Assembly: GCA_046350735.1 (NCBI GenBank)
Contig: JAXLZU010000001.1
Location: forward strand, 12,530-76,529
Direction: 5' to 3'
DNA from: Candidatus Saccharimonadota bacterium
GTDB taxonomy: Bacteria; Patescibacteriota; Saccharimonadia; CAILAD01; BJGX01
DNA length: 64,000 nt
Below the pieces are notes generated by a model that saw only the letters and a program-made list of their open reading frames with translations, was not told where the DNA came from and did not search any database. Below, in pieces: positions 56,477 to 64,000 of this stretch (position 1 is the stretch's first letter; each line of letters opens with the position of its first letter). A program made the translations under genes and the position numbers.

Positions 56477-57243
56477 ATGATTTAAAAAAGATAGCAATTG
56501 AATGTTCAAATAAAATTATCAAGGCAAAAAAAAATGGAAAAGTTATACAAAAACCCTATAAACATTTGATAATAGACGATTTTTTTCCAAATGAATTGGC
56601 AAAAGATTGTCTAAATGCATTCCCAGATCTAGATGCAGATATTTGGGATAAGTCTAACGATCCTGATATTGAAATAAAGATGAGATCTAATTATCAATCT
56701 GAATTTGATTTTCCTAAAGAAATTAACAAAGTTGTAAGAATCATGAACTCATCTATGTTTCTAAAAGCCATGTCAGCAGCATTAGATATCCCTAAGTTAG
56801 TTCCCGATCCTTATTATTCAGGAGGCGGCCTGAATGTTACTGTTAGTGGCGGCCTCTTAGATGTGCATGTTGATGGTAATTATCATGATGCCACTGGTTT
56901 GAATAGGCGAGTCAATGCTATTCTTTTTCTTAACCCGGGGTGGAAAAAAGAATGGGGTGGTGAGTATGGTGTATATGATAATAAAGGAGAGGAACTAGTT
57001 GAGGCTGTTGCCCCACTTATGAATCGTTTGGTAATTTTTGATACTCATGACTTTTCATTTCACGGTACTCCAAACCCTATTAAATTTCCAAAAGGTACTG
57101 CCCGTAGATCCGTAATACTGTACTATTACACCAAAGAACCGCGGCCATCGAGCCAGATATCAGTAGAAAAACCACACAGTGCGTTATGGAAGAAAAAGAA
57201 TTTTACCGATAAAAAAGGTAATGTAACGCGAGAATATAAGTAG
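56473..57243 (+). CDS. 2OG-Fe(II) oxygenase-superfamily-like protein in glycan cluster
   Basis: HxD...H...RxS pattern: LDVHVDGNYHD ... FSFHGTP ... ARRSVILYYY. Confidence 0.4.
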   Translation: MNDLKKIAIECSNKIIKAKKNGKVIQKPYKHLIIDDFFPNELAKDCLNAFPDLDADIWDKSNDPDIEIKMRSNYQSEFDFPKEINKVVRIMNSSMFLKAMSAALDIPKLVPDPYYSGGGLNVTVSGGLLDVHVDGNYHDATGLNRRVNAILFLNPGWKKEWGGEYGVYDNKGEELVEAVAPLMNRLVIFDTHDFSFHGTPNPIKFPKGTARRSVILYYYTKEPRPSSQISVEKPHSALWKKKNFTDKKGNVTREYK

Positions 57244-57250
57244 GTATACT

Positions 57251-58387
57251 ATGAGTGAAAGTAAGTTAAAAGTAGCTACCATTATTGGCACTCGTCCTGA
57301 GATTATTAAGTTAGCACCAACAATAAAGGCATGCAATGAGTATTTTGAGCACATACTTATTCATACTGGTCAGAATTATGATTATACACTTAACGAAATT
57401 TTCTTTGAAGAACTTGGGTTGCGCAAACCAGATTACTTTTTAGAGTGCGTAGGTGAAAATTTAGGTGAGACAATGGGGAATGTAATTGCGAAATCATACG
57501 AAGTTTTACTAAAAGAACAGCCTGACGCAGTTCTGATCTTGGGTGACACTAATAGTGCACTCAGTGCAATCTCTGCCAAACGGCTAAAAATACCTATTTT
57601 CCACATGGAAGCTGGTAATAGGTGTTTTGATGAAAATTTGCCAGAAGAGATTAATCGTAAGATTGTAGACCACATTAGTGATATTAACTTGCCATATACA
57701 GAACATGCCCGCCGCAACTTAATAAGCGAAGGTTTACGCAAAGAACACATATTTGTAACTGGCTCACCAATGACAGAGCTTATAGAAAACCACAAAAAAG
57801 ATATAGAAAAAAGCCCTGTTCTCTCTAAGATTAAATTAGAAAAAGATAAATATATACTTGTATCAGCTCATCGTGAAGAAAATATTGATAATCCTGATAA
57901 TTTTAAATCTTTAATGAATGCAATAAATGATATTGCTGAGCAATATAAGCTACCGATTATATTTTCTACCCACCCGCGAACTCAAGATAGAATTAAAAAG
58001 AATAATTTTAAACTTCACCCATTAGTGCAAAGCTTAAAACCGTTTGGGTTTTTCGACTACAACAGACTACAACTAGATAGCTTCTGTGTATTATCAGATA
58101 GCGGTACATTAGCAGAAGAAGGTTCTATATTAGGATTCTATGGAGTTTCGTTACGTACCTCTACAGAAAGGCCAGAAGTGTTAGATAAAGGATCGTTTAT
58201 TGTGGGCGGTATTACCACTAAAGACATTACTCAGTCTATTGAGCTTGCACGTTCATTAAAACAAAATAATGGGCCAATTCTTTTAGCTGGCGACTATATA
58301 GACAAAAATGTTTCTGAGAAAGTAGTAAAAATCATTCAAAGCTATACCAAGATAATTAATCAGGTAGTTTGGCATAAATCTGAATGA
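57251..58387 (+). CDS. UDP-N-acetylglucosamine 2-epimerase (non-hydrolysing; WecB/FnlC family)
   Basis: KVATIIGTRPEIIKLAPTI N-terminus. 378 aa. Confidence 0.8.
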   Translation: MSESKLKVATIIGTRPEIIKLAPTIKACNEYFEHILIHTGQNYDYTLNEIFFEELGLRKPDYFLECVGENLGETMGNVIAKSYEVLLKEQPDAVLILGDTNSALSAISAKRLKIPIFHMEAGNRCFDENLPEEINRKIVDHISDINLPYTEHARRNLISEGLRKEHIFVTGSPMTELIENHKKDIEKSPVLSKIKLEKDKYILVSAHREENIDNPDNFKSLMNAINDIAEQYKLPIIFSTHPRTQDRIKKNNFKLHPLVQSLKPFGFFDYNRLQLDSFCVLSDSGTLAEEGSILGFYGVSLRTSTERPEVLDKGSFIVGGITTKDITQSIELARSLKQNNGPILLAGDYIDKNVSEKVVKIIQSYTKIINQVVWHKSE

Positions 58388-59610
58388 AAAAAAAGAAGAT
58401 TCTCATAATTTGTCAGCACTTTTGGCCTGAAGGGTTTCGTGTAAATGATATTTGCGATTATTTTGTAGAAAATAATTATGAAATAGAAGTATTGTGTGGT
58501 ATCCCAAACTACCCCAAAGGAAAGTTTTTTGATGGCTATTCTTATTTTAAAAATCGTCGACAGGTTCATCATAATGCAATTATTCATAGGACTTTTGAGA
58601 TTCCACGGGGTAATAATACAAATATAAAAATATTCCTTAACTATATATCTTTTCCGCTTGCTAGCTTGTTTCACATACCTAGGCTACTAACAAAACGCTA
58701 TGACAAAATTTTTATTTATCAATTATCACCAGTAATGATGAGCCTAGCAGGTGTTATTATTGGGCGCTTAAAAAAGATCGAGACTACAATGTATGTTCTA
58801 GATCTATGGCCAGAAAATTTATACTCAGTAATAGATGTCAAGAATAAAGCTATGCGTTGGCTTGCAGAAAAACATTCACACTGGTACTACAAAAAAGCCG
58901 ATAAACTGGTTGGCCTTTCTAATGCCATGCAAACTAAGCTACTTGAAGCTACGGGCAAGCCAAAAAACAGGGTAATTGTATTACCACAGGCCTGCGAGAA
59001 GGTATACGAAGAAACTATACACGACAAAGTACTTGCCAAACGTTTTTCAGACAGTTTTAACGTTTTGTTTGCTGGTAATATTAGCCCTGCTCAATCGTTT
59101 GAGACTATCCTGGAGGCTGCACAAATATTAAAGAACTCAGGGTTGAGAGATATTAATTGGATAATTGTGGGTGACGGCATGTCGCGTAATTGGCTAGAGA
59201 AAGAAGTAAATAACGCCGGGTTAAAAAATAATTTTTATTTTGAGGGCCACAAGCCAATTGGTGATATACCTAAATATACCGATATAGCAGATGTTTTAGT
59301 TGGGTGCTTAGTAAAGAGCAACTTACTAGAGGCTACTATACCGGCCAAAGTAATGAGTTATATTGCTGCTGGTAAACCTATAGTACTGGCGATGGATGGC
59401 GAAGTCCAAGAATTGATCAACAAAACAATTAAGTGTGGTTTTGTAGGGCCAACTGAAGATGCTAAACAGCTGGCCAATAATATAAAAAAGGTCTACACTA
59501 TGTCTGATTTACAAAGAAATGCGATGGGTAAAAGAGGTAGGAACTATCATATGAAACACCTTGAGAGAAATATAACATTAAACAAACTCCTCAATTTTAT
59601 GTTTAGTTAG
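58384..59610 (+). CDS. GT4-family glycosyltransferase (WbuB-like)
   Basis: GT-B fold, C-terminal EG..P/E..A.G.P motif region. Typical partner of the CapD/WecB nucleotide-sugar branch. Confidence 0.65.
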   Translation: MKKKKILIICQHFWPEGFRVNDICDYFVENNYEIEVLCGIPNYPKGKFFDGYSYFKNRRQVHHNAIIHRTFEIPRGNNTNIKIFLNYISFPLASLFHIPRLLTKRYDKIFIYQLSPVMMSLAGVIIGRLKKIETTMYVLDLWPENLYSVIDVKNKAMRWLAEKHSHWYYKKADKLVGLSNAMQTKLLEATGKPKNRVIVLPQACEKVYEETIHDKVLAKRFSDSFNVLFAGNISPAQSFETILEAAQILKNSGLRDINWIIVGDGMSRNWLEKEVNNAGLKNNFYFEGHKPIGDIPKYTDIADVLVGCLVKSNLLEATIPAKVMSYIAAGKPIVLAMDGEVQELINKTIKCGFVGPTEDAKQLANNIKKVYTMSDLQRNAMGKRGRNYHMKHLERNITLNKLLNFMFS

Positions 59611-59631
59611 TTTTTTAGGTATAATAATTAA

Positions 59632-59985
59632 ATGCAGAAAATCTTATTACCACTATATGTATTAGCTACTTCAGCCGCACTAATTATTATCAAATTAAGT
59701 ACTGCAAATGGTGCTCCTATTTACTATCTTAATAACAAGCTTCACTTTAATATTAATTTACTTACAATTTTAGGGCTGGTATTGTACGTCGTTAGCTTTT
59801 TAACCTACTTATTGTTGATTTCTAAGTTTGAACTTGGTTATATTATTCCTCTTACTACAGGTCTTGTGTATATTCTTATTTTTACTGCCTCATACTTTAT
59901 CTTCAAAGAAGTATTTAGTGTTCCAAAAATATTAGGCATTACCCTAATAATTGCTGGTATTCTTTTGCTGAATTTAAAAAAATAG
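59632..59985 (+). CDS. small 4-TM membrane protein (GtrA/ArnE-like flippase-type)
   Basis: 117 aa, four hydrophobic helices. Confidence 0.35.
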   Translation: MQKILLPLYVLATSAALIIIKLSTANGAPIYYLNNKLHFNINLLTILGLVLYVVSFLTYLLLISKFELGYIIPLTTGLVYILIFTASYFIFKEVFSVPKILGITLIIAGILLLNLKK

Positions 59986-59989
59986 AACT

Positions 59990-61954
59990 ATGAAATCTTT
60001 TCTAAAGCCTTATAAACAAGCAGAAAAGTATTATGTTTGGATATTTCCAGCTATTAGTGTGCTTGTTTTCCTTATACTATGCATAGGTAAAATCCATGGT
60101 TCATCAATTGGTTTGTATGAGGCCACTGCTAACCCTGGCCTCAAAGATAAGAATTTACTCTTTGGTTTTCCTAGGCAGATTCGTAGCGACGAATGGGTGG
60201 TTAATTCTCCATTGCAATATGCCCAAAAAGCTACAAATTTTGCAAGTATCAATCCAAATATTGGTAATGGTCAAGATATGGCTATTGTGCTCGATATGCC
60301 AGTAGGTGACTGGAGTGTAATATTTAAACCGCAGAACATAGCCTTTTTGTTTTTACCGTTCTCTATAGCATTTTCATTTCATTGGTGGTTTATGCTACTC
60401 GCACTGTTAATTGGGGCATATCTGTTATTCAGAACACTAATACCTCCACCTAAAAATAACCTCTTAAGCGCTTTGCTTGCTACTGCATTTTCGTTTAGTC
60501 CTTTTATTATGTGGTGGTACACCAATGGTACCCTACTCTCAATTGCATATGTTTTTTGGATGTTATTCTTTTTTATTGAAATCTTAAAATGTACTAACCT
60601 CAAATACAAAATAGCATATGGTGTAGGATTGGCATATTTTGTGGTGTGCTTAGCACTAACATTCTATGCACCATTTATAATTGCAACTTGTTTAGCTGGG
60701 TTATTTATTGCGGCTGGCTATCTTTTTTCCCAGAAGAACCTAAAGAAATTTATTACAAAACAAAATATTCTCATTCTTTCCCTAGCAGTTTTTGCAGCAG
60801 CTATACTATTAGGAATTTTTTATATTATTCATAAAGAAGCAATACATTTGGTTCAGAGTACTGTTTATCCAGGGCGCAGAAGCAATGTAGATTCACCAGC
60901 CGAATTAAGTGCTCTCTTTGATGTATTTAAATTGTTTTTCCTGCAAAGTAAGGAATTTATTACACGAAACATGATTAACCAGAGCGAGGCATCAAATTTT
61001 GTCTATATGTTTATATATTTGTTAGTGCCTGCAGCTTACATAATTTATGAGGGTGTAAAGCACAAAAAAAATGATTGGTTTCTGATAATAATTAGTCTAG
61101 GCATAATTGTCTTTTTAACAAGAATGCTAGTACCGGCTGATACGGATTTTGTTTTTAAATTATTGCTCTTGGATAAGTCAGCCAAAAAACGACTTCTAAT
61201 TGGATTAGGAGTTTTAAATATTTCTTTTATTATAGCTATTATTCGAAACGTTAGACTTCGCGCAAAGCCGTTACCGAGGTTTGTAATTATTATCACTACG
61301 TTTACTACTACAGTAATGCTAATAGCGCAATACTTTATATTTATAAATAAGCTTGAATTTATTTCAAGTCATACGAAGCAATATATCATCATATTATCCA
61401 TACTTATATTATCTGCAATAGTCTTTCTTTTATATAAACGCACCGTTATCTATGCGGCTCTTTGCTTACTCTTAATAAGTATGGCAATGTCATTTTATAT
61501 TAATCCAATCTATAAGGAGGTTCCATTTGAGTATGATACGGTCGTAAAACGCATTTCTCAACAAAATGCAGCTCAATCGGGTACCTGGGTAGTATTAGAA
61601 AATATTACATTAGAACAGTATCCCCAAATGGCAGGTGCAAATTCTATTTCAGGTGTAATGATTTACCCACAATATGGTGTGTGGGAAGACTTCCCGAACT
61701 ATGAGCAGTATAAAGATATTGTAAATCGATATGCACACGTGACATTTAAACTGAACAACGAGAAAATGGATTATATATATTTAAACCAAGCTGATCTAAT
61801 GACGGTAAATATTGATCCATGTAATGCTTTTGCTCAACAACACATTATGTACTTTATAAGTACTAAAGTAGAGGTGAGTCCATGCATCAATCAGATTAAC
61901 AGATTTTATAATGGCCAGCAGCTTATATATATTTATAAGATCATAAAGATATGA
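59990..61954 (+). CDS. large polytopic membrane protein, probable GT-C-type glycosyltransferase (YfhO/GtrC-like)
   Basis: 654 aa with ~12 TM helices and a C-terminal extracytoplasmic domain. Genetic context is GT2 plus small flippase. Confidence 0.4.
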   Translation: MKSFLKPYKQAEKYYVWIFPAISVLVFLILCIGKIHGSSIGLYEATANPGLKDKNLLFGFPRQIRSDEWVVNSPLQYAQKATNFASINPNIGNGQDMAIVLDMPVGDWSVIFKPQNIAFLFLPFSIAFSFHWWFMLLALLIGAYLLFRTLIPPPKNNLLSALLATAFSFSPFIMWWYTNGTLLSIAYVFWMLFFFIEILKCTNLKYKIAYGVGLAYFVVCLALTFYAPFIIATCLAGLFIAAGYLFSQKNLKKFITKQNILILSLAVFAAAILLGIFYIIHKEAIHLVQSTVYPGRRSNVDSPAELSALFDVFKLFFLQSKEFITRNMINQSEASNFVYMFIYLLVPAAYIIYEGVKHKKNDWFLIIISLGIIVFLTRMLVPADTDFVFKLLLLDKSAKKRLLIGLGVLNISFIIAIIRNVRLRAKPLPRFVIIITTFTTTVMLIAQYFIFINKLEFISSHTKQYIIILSILILSAIVFLLYKRTVIYAALCLLLISMAMSFYINPIYKEVPFEYDTVVKRISQQNAAQSGTWVVLENITLEQYPQMAGANSISGVMIYPQYGVWEDFPNYEQYKDIVNRYAHVTFKLNNEKMDYIYLNQADLMTVNIDPCNAFAQQHIMYFISTKVEVSPCINQINRFYNGQQLIYIYKIIKI

Positions 61955-61976
61955 TATAGTCGGTAATGCTTAAATC

Positions 61977-62540
61977 ATGGGGGGGGTGAACGGTATGAAA
62001 AAAGGTAAAAAAAATAAAATTATAGTTCTTACTGTGCTAGCCGTATTGTTAATGGCTACTATTATTGTGGGAATAGTTATATATAAAAATCAACAAGCAA
62101 AAAAACTATCTGCTGCAAATCAACTACAATCAAATCAAGAAGAGGGTAGTAATACTGAAGATCAGAATAACCAGACAGAAAGTCAGTCAACCCCCACAAA
62201 TACTAGTACACCGCAAAATAACCAGACAAACTCTCCTTCAGTGCCTGAGAAACCTACATTTACAAAAAGTAGTGGTAATAATGGACCGATACCACAAAAT
62301 GTTTTAGTTGAGTTTGTCTGCACTACTTTGCCAGGGCTAGAATGTCAAATTATTCTCGTTAATAGTAATGGACAGAAAATTACCTTACCATTCAAGCCAG
62401 TAGCAGATAATGGTAGAGGACAATACTTCACGAGTTGGCAATGGAAAGGCCAGCAAGGTAACTGGTCAATAACTGCTCAATCCAAAAACAGTGAAGGTGG
62501 AACAAACACTTCCGAAAAGCAAACATTGGTGGTAAAATAA
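61977..62540 (+). CDS. secreted/anchored Q-N-T-rich protein (187 aa)
   Basis: N-terminal TM IIVLTVLAVLLMATIIVGIVI, low-complexity linker, Cys-containing C-terminal domain. Confidence 0.4.
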   Translation: MGGVNGMKKGKKNKIIVLTVLAVLLMATIIVGIVIYKNQQAKKLSAANQLQSNQEEGSNTEDQNNQTESQSTPTNTSTPQNNQTNSPSVPEKPTFTKSSGNNGPIPQNVLVEFVCTTLPGLECQIILVNSNGQKITLPFKPVADNGRGQYFTSWQWKGQQGNWSITAQSKNSEGGTNTSEKQTLVVK

Positions 62541-62545
62541 TAAGC

Positions 62546-63742
62546 ATGAGAAAATTGTTATTCTTATTAATGGCATCTATATTTTTGGCAAGTTCTTTTG
62601 TTGTTTCTACACCATCACAGAGATCCGCCAAAGCATATAGTAATAGCTTAATGATTACTGATGGTAACTTTGATCGTTCTGGCAGTATGTCTGCTGCTGA
62701 TATACAGAACTTTCTTAATAAATATCCTAACAGCTGCCTAAAGAATTATACCGATGAGTATCCAAGTAATTACTTTACGTATAGTGGTTCTGCAAGCGCT
62801 GCGTCAATTATACGTAAAGTATCAGATTTATGGGGCATTAATCCCCAGGTAATGTTAACCAAGCTAGAACAAGAAGAAAACTTAGTAACAGGCAATGCAG
62901 GATGTCCATTATATAGATATGTTAGTGCAGTTGGATTCAATTGTCCTGGCCCTACCAGAAATGCTGTCTTTAGAGGTACACCGGTTGTTACTTGTGTGCA
63001 AAGCGATGCTAATATGGGGTTCAGTAGACAAGTTACAAAAGGTGCATGGCTGCTTAAATGGGGTAAAGAGCGAGCAAATGGCAATCTCAGCTGGTTAGTA
63101 CCAGATGATGCAAGCTATTACTATGGTGGCCCAATGACACAAGGCAATCGGCAAAGAAGCTCAAGTAGCCCAGTAGTGTATTATGATGGCTATTGGAATG
63201 GGGTATTGCTAGGTAGTGGAGCAACTGCCTCTTTGTACAATTACACTCCATTTTTAAATCAGGCTTTTTCGTCTGTATTTCAAAACTTTTTCGGCTATGA
63301 CCCAGCCGTTGATCCAAACCCTTATCATTCAGCTTCGATTTTCCGTTCTTACTTCCCAAGAACAGGTGAGCATTTTTATACCCAAGATTATATAGAGTGG
63401 CAAACTACAGTTCGTAATGGAGCTGTACCAGAGGGAGTAGTCTATCTGATGCCTCATACAGCTACCTCAAAACCTGTTTATCGATTACTAACAAATGTAG
63501 GCCTGCATTTTTATACTAGCGATGTAGCTGAAAAAGATTATCTAGTAAATACTATAAGATTTAAATTCGAGGGTATAGCTTTTTATGCTGAACCTAATCA
63601 AATACCATCTACGTTTCCTATCTATAGATTAAGAAATGATTTAAATGGTGACCACTTGTATACTGCAAGTACAGGAGAGAGGGACAACCTTACAAAATAT
63701 CCGGGTTGGAAGTACGATGGTATAGCCTGGTATGCCTACTAG
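62546..63742 (+). CDS. secreted protein (398 aa) with three C-terminal ~40-aa repeats carrying a conserved HFYT/HLYT core
   Basis: Signal peptide. Repeats IFRSYFPRTGEHFYTQDYIEW..., VYRLLTNVGLHFYTSDVAEKDYLV..., IYRLRNDLNGDHLYTASTGERDNL... each end with G(I/V)A(F/W)YA. Confidence 0.45.
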   Translation: MRKLLFLLMASIFLASSFVVSTPSQRSAKAYSNSLMITDGNFDRSGSMSAADIQNFLNKYPNSCLKNYTDEYPSNYFTYSGSASAASIIRKVSDLWGINPQVMLTKLEQEENLVTGNAGCPLYRYVSAVGFNCPGPTRNAVFRGTPVVTCVQSDANMGFSRQVTKGAWLLKWGKERANGNLSWLVPDDASYYYGGPMTQGNRQRSSSSPVVYYDGYWNGVLLGSGATASLYNYTPFLNQAFSSVFQNFFGYDPAVDPNPYHSASIFRSYFPRTGEHFYTQDYIEWQTTVRNGAVPEGVVYLMPHTATSKPVYRLLTNVGLHFYTSDVAEKDYLVNTIRFKFEGIAFYAEPNQIPSTFPIYRLRNDLNGDHLYTASTGERDNLTKYPGWKYDGIAWYAY

Positions 63743-64000
63743 AATTAACTAATTTAATAACCTTTTTTCATTAAGTGCCATAAATAGTTTTTATCTATGT
63801 TCCGACTTTTGTTAAGTCTTAATCTCTTAATATAGAAGATAGGTAAAAGTAGTAGGCCAAACAACCGTCCCTTAACTACTGCTTTCGCTTCTTCTTTTCT
63901 ACCAAGCTGTCTAAGATGTTTAACGCGTGCCCTATCTGAACTAATAACTCTAAAGAGGAGCTTTGCAAGAGTACCGATAGGTAAGTTTTTAACTAATAAT

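Overview
This is about 64 kb of a low-GC, gene-dense bacterial chromosome. It carries the replication origin: rpmH-rnpA-yidD-yidC-jag-mnmE diverges from dnaA-dnaN-recF-DUF721, with DnaA-box clusters beside them. Gene content points, by inference only, to a Saccharibacteria/CPR-like epibiont with a Gram-positive-type envelope. That content includes tandem FemAB peptidoglycan-bridge transferases, a Gram-positive-style type IV secretion (T4SS) island, a compact sugar/glycan repertoire, and short monocistronic units with perfect TTGACA-N17-TAnnnT promoters. The window holds tsaD, four minus-strand tRNAs (Met-CAT, Arg-TCT, Leu-TAA, Ser-GGA), sugar metabolism genes (manB-type mutase, PGI/PMI, an orphan ABC substrate-binding protein), groES-groEL behind a perfect CIRCE operator, and a VanW protein. 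A T4SS-like island (22.9-41.5 kb) has four paralogous VirB2-like pilin genes (one internally duplicated), two VirB6-like paralogs, a VirB4 ATPase, and two giant cell-wall hydrolases (M23; SLT+SGNH+M15). A surface-glycan cluster (50.9-62 kb) encodes rmlBCA(D), a CapD/WecB UDP-HexNAc branch, GT2/GT4/GT-C glycosyltransferases and a 2OG-oxygenase-like protein. The most unusual signal is a set of compositionally foreign high-GC islands embedded in low-GC DNA. Each is a self-contained transcription unit with a canonical sigma70-like promoter and an intrinsic terminator. Two encode proteins with almost exclusively G/C third codon positions (actinobacterial-style; host-derived transfer is the hypothesis). 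Two have no ORF and fold into long GC-rich helices: a ~790-nt element directly upstream of groESL and a ~350-nt element after manB. No integrase, transposase or CRISPR was seen.
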